A stretch of 29,571 nucleotides of DNA from a virus (taxonomy: Duplodnaviria > Caudoviricetes). Under the pieces are notes generated by a model. It made no database searches, was not told the DNA's origin, and was given only the letters and a program-made list of their open reading frames with translations. The stretch is from positions 1 to 29,571 of IMG/VR virus record IMGVR_UViG_3300032330_000753. The stretch is one strand, 5' to 3'. The translations under genes and the position numbers were made by a program. This document shows, one piece after another, positions 8,676 through 16,128 of the stretch; the stretch's first letter is position 1, and each line of letters begins with the position of its first letter.

Positions 8676-9907
8676 AAGCCAACAGGTTGTGAGTATTTAA
8701 GATTCAAAGTAACATTGTATAGCTTCGAATAGCGTTCGTCCTTGATAACAAAATTCTGTGTGTCGACTAAGACAGGTGTTTGCGTTCCGTCATCATTGAT
8801 GATATAAACGTCATTGGAACGGCAAAGCGTTTGAAGTAGATTGAACTCTCCAACCGACACCCAGTCGCTATTTATTTGTAGTCCTTTTGTCGTTGTCACA
8901 TATCGGTCGGTTGCTCCCCTGTCGTAGGTGTTGAAACCAAACGTCGATTCGTTGTATGTTCCAACTACTTTTTGGTATTGCTTACGATCGTAGTTATACG
9001 ATAGTTCCGACTTCTTCGTGAAGTTGAAGTAATCCACACCGCCACAAGTATTCGTCCAACCCAAACGCACATTGTCAAAGCGACAATCGTCAGGAACAAT
9101 GTAGAAACAATAAACGCGTGACTTAGGTGTGTAGATAGGGAACGTAATAACTTTCCCGATTTGTATTGTGTAGTATTTAACATCTGTGAAATCTAAACCA
9201 CCTGCAATCAAATTCATTGGATTAGCACCAATGACATTGACAATATTATTTGCGTCGCTCAATTCAACTTTTACTGAATCAATTAAAGTATTGTTATTGT
9301 CGTAGGTTGAAAAAACAGCAATATCAAAATCGTTATCTGGAAGCAATGCCGTTGCAGAAGGTGTGTACATAATTCCATAATCTGTCAATCTCGTTGGAAT
9401 ATAAACGTAGTCATTTGACAAACCGCGAGAAGGTGCTTCAATCCATTTGTGAGTGTCTTTTGTTCTTTCGCTCATTAAATACTTTGTCGTACCATCTAAA
9501 GCATAACGAATATTTACGTCTGGTTTGTATCCATCGCTCACTTGATATTCAGCAAGGAAAGCAAACACATCATCAATGTCAGCCATTCCGCTACCGCTGA
9601 CTGTGAATACTCCGTCAACCAACCATCCTTCTTTTATTGTGCAACTGATATTCGCAATGCTTGAAGTTTCAGTTGTGTTTGTCGTTGTCAAAAATCCTGC
9701 ATTATGTTGCAGTTGTTCTCTGAATATCGGAGCAAGGTCTAAAATTCCTTTGCTCGCTGCGTTGGGTTGTACGTTGACTTGGAACGAACCGAAGTCGAAT
9801 ACAAATCTGAATCCTGCGTAAGCTACATGATTGCTTGATGCGACTAACATCAATCGTTGACCGACTGGAGTATATTGTGAAGGTTGATCGTTGATTGTAA
9901 TTGCCAT
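8672..9907 (-). CDS. Tail/baseplate structural protein
   Basis: 411 aa with W.N..GG.DYFNF and NSDWV motifs; ATGA-coupled to the next tail gene. Confidence 0.65.
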   Translation of the reverse strand: MAITINDQPSQYTPVGQRLMLVASSNHVAYAGFRFVFDFGSFQVNVQPNAASKGILDLAPIFREQLQHNAGFLTTTNTTETSSIANISCTIKEGWLVDGVFTVSGSGMADIDDVFAFLAEYQVSDGYKPDVNIRYALDGTTKYLMSERTKDTHKWIEAPSRGLSNDYVYIPTRLTDYGIMYTPSATALLPDNDFDIAVFSTYDNNNTLIDSVKVELSDANNIVNVIGANPMNLIAGGLDFTDVKYYTIQIGKVITFPIYTPKSRVYCFYIVPDDCRFDNVRLGWTNTCGGVDYFNFTKKSELSYNYDRKQYQKVVGTYNESTFGFNTYDRGATDRYVTTTKGLQINSDWVSVGEFNLLQTLCRSNDVYIINDDGTQTPVLVDTQNFVIKDERYSKLYNVTLNLKYSQPVGL

Positions 9908-9917
9908 TATTGTATTT

Positions 9918-10451
9918 TTATATGTCGTTTAATCCGTCTAAACTTGCTCCGAAATCCTTTCCGAAAGCATCAATTATTTTCGCTTCATATTCGTCCCAAA
10001 TGTTCTCCATTGCATAATCGAAAGCGTGCCAACCCTTGATTCCTTCACGTCCTATCTTTCGAGCAATAAGAAAAGCCACTTGTCTTTTGAGTGCTTCCGT
10101 TGGCTTCTTAAATTTACCGCTTTCTTTGTCGCGTAACTTGATAGGCTTTATTCGCATCCATTCAAGAATAGCTTCAACAGGCGGTTGCTTTCCTGGTTTC
10201 CTTCCGTTCTCACGCGCAAGAAAATACTGCGATGCTTTGCCCTTCGCGTAGACTGAAACGTTGATGTTTTGACCTTTGATTTGTAATCTGTAAGCTAACG
10301 ACTTTTCGAGCGTACCACTTGCAACCGCGTTGGTGAAATTGCGTCCTACCTTTCGCTTCATGCGATAGTCGGACTGCATCAATTCAACAAAGCGTTTTGC
10401 CATATCGTTCACGACAGCGAAGAAGTTGGGTGCGCTCTGTTCGTTAGCCAT
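9918..10451 (-). CDS. Putative neck/tail completion protein (HK97 gp10-like)
   Basis: Basic 177 aa with ASGTL..S, GRKPGKQPP..AI..W and IARKI.REG motifs. Confidence 0.6.
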   Translation of the reverse strand: MANEQSAPNFFAVVNDMAKRFVELMQSDYRMKRKVGRNFTNAVASGTLEKSLAYRLQIKGQNINVSVYAKGKASQYFLARENGRKPGKQPPVEAILEWMRIKPIKLRDKESGKFKKPTEALKRQVAFLIARKIGREGIKGWHAFDYAMENIWDEYEAKIIDAFGKDFGASLDGLNDI

Positions 10452-10572
10452 TTGTTTCTTCGCTTTCCTCTTTTATCTTGTTGAAAAACTGAATCAATGG
10501 TAAGCCAAATTTGACAGGCATCTCTTGAATGAAAGCATCTAACTGCTTTAAGTGTTCCTCTGTTAAGTTCAT
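10444..10572 (-). CDS. Hypothetical protein (42 aa, not in ORF track)
   Basis: MNLTEEHLKQLDAFIQEMPVKFGLPLIQFFNKIKEESEETNG* fills the gap between neighbours. Confidence 0.65.
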   Translation of the reverse strand: MNLTEEHLKQLDAFIQEMPVKFGLPLIQFFNKIKEESEETNG

Positions 10573-10573
10573 A

Positions 10574-10828
10574 TTAGAAAGATAAAATTGTTACTCCTAT
10601 TGCCTTTGCTACGCACTCAGCAACGTATTCGTTGTCTGTTCCCCACGCTGCGAATTCTTCTTCGGTTAGTGTGTAGTTACCATTGCTTAGAACTGCGCCT
10701 TCGTCAGTCTTCAATTCGTAGTAGGTAGTGCAAGTGGTTGCGCTTGTTTCGAAGTTGAGAATGAGAACGCTCATCTCTGTTGCTGTTCCTGCGTTTAGAG
10801 GAAAGATAACGGGTTGTATTTTAGCCAT
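10574..10828 (-). CDS. Small protein following the tail fibre gene (possible assembly factor)
   Basis: 84-aa ORF directly after the fibre gene. Confidence 0.6.
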   Translation of the reverse strand: MAKIQPVIFPLNAGTATEMSVLILNFETSATTCTTYYELKTDEGAVLSNGNYTLTEEEFAAWGTDNEYVAECVAKAIGVTILSF

Positions 10829-10834
10829 TGTATA

Positions 10835-13198
10835 TTATATTAAAGTAAATGTTCTTGTTACTCCGCCTATTCTCATTTTTAGTAATGTTCCGTCAAACCA
10901 AATATCCCCATCAACAGGTGATGTAGGTGCTGTTCCGCTTGGTATTCTTAAAGATGCTTTAGCCGTTGTAGCTGCGCCTAAAACAGTTATACCACTCGCT
11001 ACTTCAATTGCTCTAAAATCTGCTACTGCTGTTAGCGTTGGATTAATGTAAAGACCTCTTGTTATTCCATTTGCACCGCCTGTTTGGTTAATTGTTGAGT
11101 CAATTAAAAACGCATTGAAAACTCCTGTTCCGCTTGTTGGTATAAATCCTCTATTAATGTTTACTATATTTCTTACTGAGCTTGTAGTAGTAGCATTTCC
11201 TTGCGCATTACTTAAAATAACATCAGTACCAATATCAGTTTGAGCTAAATTTCCTCTAATAACAACCCCTTCTCGACCTGCTGTGCCGTTTGGAAACATA
11301 CCTGCAATTCCTGTTCCCACAGTAGCACCCGAAATTAAATAAGAAAACCCACTCACCCTCGCCGTTCCATTCACATCTAACTTGAAGCCTGCGTCTGTTG
11401 TTGTGCCGATGAGGACATTGCCTGTTGTTGCAATTGAAAATGCAGGAGTTGTAAAAGTTGAACCTCCATCAGTTGTAGATGGTGTGATATTGAAATTTTG
11501 ACCTCTTAATCCAACACTAAATTCCCAATTTTTGAAACTGCTATTGTAGCCAAACATTTTTAATGTAGCGCCATAATTACCAGAAGTTGGTGGGCCTAAC
11601 TGCAAATTAGGAGCTGCAGTTGTATTGCCTACTATTAAATCGTTTAAAAATCTGCTATTTCCTGTAACGTCTAACCTATAAGCAGGCGAAGCCGTTCCAA
11701 TACCTAACCTATTATTTGTATCATCCCAAAATAAGTTAGCGTTATCTTGAGATATCGTTGTTCCATTGCTGAATATAACGCTTCCGCTTGTTAAAGAAGG
11801 AAGGTTGAACTTGCCGTTGAACGTAGACCAATCTGCAGCACTCAAAGCACCTCTATTCGCTGCACTTGCCGTTGGTACGTTAAGCGTTATTACAGGGGTG
11901 CTTGTTCCATTTGCAACGGTGCTGCTTAAGTCTGTTCCTGTTGTGCCTAAGGTCAACGCTGCTACGCTTGTAACAGTTCCAACAGATAAGTTCCCCGATC
12001 CAAGTAGCGAGTTAGAATTAACTGTTTTGATGTTAGTACCACTAACGAGTGTCGCTTGTTTAGTGCTATCCAAATGTTCAAGTGCATCATCTGCATTCGT
12101 TCCTGTAACTGTTGAATCATTCTGAACTTGCGAAGTCTTTAACTTACTATGTTGCCATTGAAAAGGCTGTGTGCCGAATGGAGTGCTGACGTAAATCCAA
12201 GTATCGTCAACTGCAGGCGCACCGCTTTGAAAATCTACTCCATGAACACGATGAACTGTTGGATTAGGATAAGTGCCTGTAAGGTCACCACCCGCTGCTC
12301 CGGTTGGAGGTAGTGAAGTTGGTATAGTTGGCTTGTTAAGAATCTCAGCCACTCCGCTCGTTGCGTTCCAGTCTGAATTGACCTGAGCAGCAGGAATGGT
12401 TGGCTTGTTGTCAAGGTCGTTGTAATCATTCGAGAAACCAACCGCGCTTATGCTTGTAATGTCAGCCTTCAACACTATTTCTTCTTCGAGTGCGTCAATA
12501 GCTGCTTCAATGTCTATAATCGTTTGACAATCGCCAATCGTTTCGCAAGTCAATCCGATATTGTCAGTAGTCAAGTACCAACCGCGCACCCCTTCGTCAT
12601 TCGTTCCGTAGTAGTAGTTCGGTGCTGGTGTTGCCTCGTCGTTTACAAGTGAAACGTTTCCGTTTTCATCGCGTACTATTGAATCAATGAAAGTTAAAAT
12701 TGATCCTGTGCCACCGCTTCCACTTTCGAAGAAATCATTCCATTCAGCAGGAATACTGCACGCGTCCCAATAGTAAGGAACGAGAAGGTCAAGACTAATC
12801 GTCCAACCGGTAAGAGTGTGTTGAAACTCTTCAAGGAATGGTTCAAGACTTACGTTTTGTACTGTGATTAAGTCACCAAACAAAACGCGGTGGTTCGTAA
12901 TCTCAGCAACCAAGTCTTCCGCAATCCGTTGAAGGTCGCTTAATACTTCGCGTTGGTATTCGGGTTTATCTTCTTTGTCGCGTGGTAAGTCGGCAAGGAC
13001 AATCTGAAAACTAAACGTCTTCATTCCTTTTGAATAGCTGACGTTTGAAGGCACGACGTGCATGAATGGGTATTCCCCAAACTTCTCTAAGTCAGAAACT
13101 TCAATCTGTCCGTGTGAGAATCTTTTGAGAATAAAGTGTCCAGACGCGAATGCGTGGAATCTATCTATGAGCGCGTTGTAGCTTTGTACGTTCGACAT
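10835..13198 (-). CDS. Tail fibre protein with an N-terminal tail-terminator-like domain
   Basis: 787 aa; Gly/Thr-rich with NKPTIP repeats, GGDLTGTYPNPTV, LVSGTNIKTVN and two G(N)xxIGT...LDV.G repeats; globular first ~150 aa. Confidence 0.75.
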   Translation of the reverse strand: MSNVQSYNALIDRFHAFASGHFILKRFSHGQIEVSDLEKFGEYPFMHVVPSNVSYSKGMKTFSFQIVLADLPRDKEDKPEYQREVLSDLQRIAEDLVAEITNHRVLFGDLITVQNVSLEPFLEEFQHTLTGWTISLDLLVPYYWDACSIPAEWNDFFESGSGGTGSILTFIDSIVRDENGNVSLVNDEATPAPNYYYGTNDEGVRGWYLTTDNIGLTCETIGDCQTIIDIEAAIDALEEEIVLKADITSISAVGFSNDYNDLDNKPTIPAAQVNSDWNATSGVAEILNKPTIPTSLPPTGAAGGDLTGTYPNPTVHRVHGVDFQSGAPAVDDTWIYVSTPFGTQPFQWQHSKLKTSQVQNDSTVTGTNADDALEHLDSTKQATLVSGTNIKTVNSNSLLGSGNLSVGTVTSVAALTLGTTGTDLSSTVANGTSTPVITLNVPTASAANRGALSAADWSTFNGKFNLPSLTSGSVIFSNGTTISQDNANLFWDDTNNRLGIGTASPAYRLDVTGNSRFLNDLIVGNTTAAPNLQLGPPTSGNYGATLKMFGYNSSFKNWEFSVGLRGQNFNITPSTTDGGSTFTTPAFSIATTGNVLIGTTTDAGFKLDVNGTARVSGFSYLISGATVGTGIAGMFPNGTAGREGVVIRGNLAQTDIGTDVILSNAQGNATTTSSVRNIVNINRGFIPTSGTGVFNAFLIDSTINQTGGANGITRGLYINPTLTAVADFRAIEVASGITVLGAATTAKASLRIPSGTAPTSPVDGDIWFDGTLLKMRIGGVTRTFTLI

Positions 13199-13445
13199 AA
13201 TTGTAATCTATTAGGTAAGTCATATAAGTAAATATCTCCCAAGCACTTTTTTCCGTAATTGCGTCCAACTTTGTTATGTCGCGCCCACAGGCTTCCATAA
13301 AAAGATGATACCAACCGTAGCGTCCTAAGACTTGGTTAAGGTTGTCTCTGTCTTCAATTCCTGCGTCAGTTCCTCCGTCAACTTCTGTACTTCCTTCTCC
13401 AAATAGTCGAGCGAAGTGTTGCTTAGTTCGTTGAGCAAAGTCGAA
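13161..13445 (-). CDS. -1 frameshift extension of the tail assembly chaperone (gpGT-like)
   Basis: The -1 frame is open from the T9 run at 13444-13452 (FDFAQRTKQHFARLF...RYGWYHLF...) to TAG at 13161. Confidence 0.7.
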   Translation of the reverse strand, partial: FDFAQRTKQHFARLFGEGSTEVDGGTDAGIEDRDNLNQVLGRYGWYHLFMEACGRDITKLDAITEKSAWEIFTYMTYLIDYNYVERTKLQRAHR

Positions 13446-13921
13446 AAAAAAAGCATCGCACCGTTGAATTGTTCAAGCGTCATCTGCTCAACGTACCCTT
13501 CAACGAGTTCTCTATTTTGTTTGCTGTGAGGTACGATTGTGTACTTTGTTCCAACGCGTTTGTCGATTGGTCTATAAAGCGTTCCCATTATCTTGACCAT
13601 GTTAGCAGCAACGTCAGAAGCCCACGTTGAGATGTCCGCATACTCACCCATACTGATTGAGTAAAGGTCTGGAATGAAACCGAAGTCTTTGTCTTTGATC
13701 GTAATCGTTTCGAAGAACTTCGCTGATTCATTTGCAAGTGTGTCTTCAAACGCTGCGAGTAATGTCGGTAAGTGTTGGAAGGGAATCTGCTCCGCCTGTT
13801 CCTTCAGTAGGTTACTAATACTAACCAACTTGTCGATATCGCTTTTCGCGCTGTGATAGTCAACGTATTGCTTGACGCTTATCGAAGAATAGTCAGCTGG
13901 TATACTTACTTTTATGCTCAT
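13325..13921 (-). CDS. Tail assembly chaperone (gpG-like)
   Basis: FGFIPDL..ISMGEY.D, LYRP and GAMLFF motifs, with a slippery CTT TTT TTT. Confidence 0.7.
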   Translation of the reverse strand: MSIKVSIPADYSSISVKQYVDYHSAKSDIDKLVSISNLLKEQAEQIPFQHLPTLLAAFEDTLANESAKFFETITIKDKDFGFIPDLYSISMGEYADISTWASDVAANMVKIMGTLYRPIDKRVGTKYTIVPHSKQNRELVEGYVEQMTLEQFNGAMLFFSTLLNELSNTSLDYLEKEVQKLTEELTQELKTETTLTKS

Positions 13922-13963
13922 TATTTTGTTGTTTAATATCTACAATAAAGGTTTGTTTGTTGA

Positions 13964-14119
13964 CTACGAACCACAATACAAACAACCTTCGTCATCATCA
14001 TCAATCGTGTTCGCTTCGTTGTGGATGCGAATTGCTTCCATTTCAATTTGTTCTTTCGTCCACTCTGGGTGAAACGCTCCAATTTGAGATTTTAAAAAGT
14101 TCAATTTATTGTCGCTCAT
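13964..14119 (-). CDS. 51-aa peptide ending DDDDEGCLYCGS (not in ORF track)
   Basis: ATGA-coupled to the upstream HAD gene; clean ORF MSDNKLNFLKSQIGAFHPEW... Confidence 0.7.
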   Translation of the reverse strand: MSDNKLNFLKSQIGAFHPEWTKEQIEMEAIRIHNEANTIDDDDEGCLYCGS

Positions 14120-14472
14120 TTTTCGTAATTTACAAGTGTTGCGTCTATGCCTTTATCCTTCAACTCATTTACTACATCTGGATTGTTATCGTAGTGCTTT
14201 CTTATCCGATTGTTCACAATGAAGTCAATCTTTGCGCTATTGCTTCCTGTCAGCTTAACGCGGTTGTGTGAGATACCTAATTCGTCCGCTACTTCGTACA
14301 CCGCTTTGCTCAATCTTGGAGTTCTTGCTGTTACGATGTATACCATATATCCTTTCGAGATAAAACGTTTAGCGAGTGATTTTCCTTGCGGAGTAGATAG
14401 TGTTCCATCGAAGTCGAACGAGATACGCTCCTGCGCGTTTAGATTGCGTCTAATCTTATCTAAGTAGTTCAT
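14116..14472 (-). CDS. Minimal HAD-superfamily hydrolase
   Basis: Motif I ISFDFDGTL, motif II IVTAR, K, and motif IV HYDNN. Confidence 0.8.
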   Translation of the reverse strand: MNYLDKIRRNLNAQERISFDFDGTLSTPQGKSLAKRFISKGYMVYIVTARTPRLSKAVYEVADELGISHNRVKLTGSNSAKIDFIVNNRIRKHYDNNPDVVNELKDKGIDATLVNYEK

Positions 14473-14612
14473 TTGTTTTCTTTATAGGTTGCGATGCAAA
14501 CAGCGTAACGTTGGTTAGCGTCTGAATATTCAGAAACCATCTTTTCGTCGCTCATACAGCGAACGAGATACTCGTCTTTTGGTTCTGTTGATGTTGGTAT
14601 TGGTATTGGCAT
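14469..14612 (-). CDS. Small conserved-type phage protein (47 aa, not in ORF track)
   Basis: MPIPIPTSTEPKDEYLVRCMSDEKMVSEYSDANQRYAVC...; ATGA-coupled to the HAD gene. Confidence 0.75.
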   Translation of the reverse strand: MPIPIPTSTEPKDEYLVRCMSDEKMVSEYSDANQRYAVCIATYKENK

Positions 14613-14643
14613 ATCCTTATTTTACGTTTATTTCTTCGTTCTT

Positions 14644-14717
14644 TGTCGCAAAAATCTACTATACTTGCGACGAATCCACATTATAAAGTGTCACAGTTTT
14701 CTAAATTATTGTGACAC
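14644..14717. repeat. Two related spaced inverted repeats
   Basis: GTCGCAA-N13-TTGCGAC (14645-14671) and GTGTCACA-N14-TGTGACAC (14688-14717). Confidence 0.6.
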
Positions 14718-14812
14718 ATTTCTTTTGCCTTCTTTAAAATTGCATTCCACTCGAACTTGTCTTTTGGTGTGTTCCATAGTTCTTCGAACATCCAGTCTAA
14801 AACTTCGTTCAT
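14681..14812 (-). CDS. Hypothetical protein (43 aa, not in ORF track)
   Basis: MNEVLDWMFEELWNTPKDKFEWNAILKKAKEM...; ATGA-coupled to the upstream gene. Confidence 0.6.
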   Translation of the reverse strand: MNEVLDWMFEELWNTPKDKFEWNAILKKAKEMCHNNLENCDTL

Positions 14813-15054
14813 ATAATCAATTGTTCAACGTCTATCTGGTGTTCTTTGAGTAGTCCGCGAATGTATTCAAACACTTCTTCAATACCTTCCTGATATGCGC
14901 CTTCTTGTCTGTCGTTATACTTTGTGAACTTCCTGTATCCGTTCATGTCCAATTCCCACAAAGCCATTGCCATATCGCGCGCCTTCATCATGCGCTCGAA
15001 CTCAATACGATCGTCCCTGTCGTCAAGGTCAAATGTTAAATTTGCTTTACTCAT
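14809..15054 (-). CDS. Hypothetical protein
   Basis: 81-aa ORF with MSKANLTFDL start, in the operon. Confidence 0.7.
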   Translation of the reverse strand: MSKANLTFDLDDRDDRIEFERMMKARDMAMALWELDMNGYRKFTKYNDRQEGAYQEGIEEVFEYIRGLLKEHQIDVEQLII

Positions 15055-15077
15055 TCGGTAATTTGTCGAATTAGTTG

Positions 15078-15347
15078 TTATAATTTGTCGTTGATGATTA
15101 TTTGTACCGGTGCTTCGCTGTCGCCTGCGTGAACTGTTCGCGCCTGTTTAGGTTTGAAGTATTCGAGCATCATTAAGTAATTGTGCAAATAGTCTTCGTC
15201 ATCCATTGAGTGCAAGACAGTCATTGCACGTTCTGCTCCTTGCGTCACGACGTACTCACCAAGTTGCTGCCACATTATTGTCCGTTCATTTTGTGAACCG
15301 ACAGGTCTGCCTTTTGGATTGTTTGTTTTGCCTTTTGGTAACCCCAT
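15078..15347 (-). CDS. Putative terminase small subunit
   Basis: N-terminal KG.TNNPKGRP.GS.N motif and C-terminal EYFKPK..R. Confidence 0.6.
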   Translation of the reverse strand: MGLPKGKTNNPKGRPVGSQNERTIMWQQLGEYVVTQGAERAMTVLHSMDDEDYLHNYLMMLEYFKPKQARTVHAGDSEAPVQIIINDKL

Positions 15348-15382
15348 CTTTTTCTAAACTTTTGATGTTTACTAAAGTATAA

Positions 15383-15392
15383 ATATAAAAAC
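15383..15392 (-). promoter_or_regulatory. Candidate late promoter element GTTTTTATAT
   Basis: Identical to 2960-2969. Confidence 0.4.
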
Positions 15393-15421
15393 TACTCTCG
15401 TTTACTTTTCGAAGGTAACAA

Positions 15422-15775
15422 TTAGCCTAATTTACTCTTGTAATGGTTAATAAGTTGTTCCATTCGTGAGTCGTAGTATTTAGAGAACGTCTTAAACCCG
15501 TCGTTGTCCTGTTCGAATAACCTGAATAGAACACCTCTCAATCGTTGTGAAGGTTTCTTTAACGTATCTTCTAACTCACTCTTTAATGATTCTACTGCAT
15601 CCAGTTCTTCGCGTTTGAAGTCTTCGTCTTTGAAAGCAAGATAACCGAACTGATTAGCTATTGTGAATAGTTCTGACGCTTGTGCAGGTGAAAGTTCATT
15701 TGTTCCAAAGGTCAGTTTTAGTGTTTTGTCCTTCCTTGTACCTACTGATTCTAATTGTGCTGGTATAATAATCAT
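15422..15775 (-). CDS. Conserved-type hypothetical phage protein
   Basis: 117 aa with TRKDKTLKL.F.T.EL and KPSQRLR.VLF motifs. Confidence 0.75.
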   Translation of the reverse strand: MIIIPAQLESVGTRKDKTLKLTFGTNELSPAQASELFTIANQFGYLAFKDEDFKREELDAVESLKSELEDTLKKPSQRLRGVLFRLFEQDNDGFKTFSKYYDSRMEQLINHYKSKLG

Positions 15776-16016
15776 TTTATGTCATTAAATTTATTAGTAT
15801 GTCACTAAATGTGCAAAGAAAAGAAAAGAACAAAGAAAACGTGTAAGCACTATAAAGAAAGAACAAAAGAAAAAGTCCCCCAAAAAGATTACTCTCGCCC
15901 TTAAAAGGGCATTTGCACGATCCAAGCATTGATGTATTGCAAGTGTAGTCATTGGTTACTTCGCTTTGACTTACGAAGGCGGTTTGTGTTCTTATCCAGT
16001 TTGTTTCATTTAGTTC

Positions 16017-16071
16017 AAAAAAATAACCCCCAATTGTTTTTAGTCGTCAAACCTAAAACAAAAGAGGGTTA
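16017..16071 (-). terminator. Long terminator hairpin of a leader/small RNA
   Basis: Minus strand UAACCCUC..UUGUUUUAG-loop-CUAAAAACAA..GGGGGUUA then U7; the G-U pair works only on the minus strand. Confidence 0.7.
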
Positions 16072-16087
16072 GCTCACAAGGTTTGAC
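16017..16087 (-). ncRNA. Putative ~70-nt leader/attenuator RNA or sRNA
   Basis: Promoter-to-terminator unit whose 5' GUCAAACCU is complementary to AGGUUUGAC in its own hairpin. Confidence 0.55.
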
Positions 16088-16090
16088 AAT

Positions 16091-16101
16091 ACAAATATAC
16101 T
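16091..16101 (-). promoter_or_regulatory. Bacteroidota sigma-A -7 element (AGTATATTTGT)
   Basis: TAnnTTTG with a TTG about 22 nt upstream. Confidence 0.7.
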
Positions 16102-16128
16102 TTGAATGTCAATTGTTTCATCAATTAG

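Noticed and set aside
1267-14853. Plus-strand ORFs in the track within the structural arm (e.g. 1758, 2451, 3939, 11766, 13957)
   Set aside because: Antisense shadows of well-supported minus-strand genes, with no motifs
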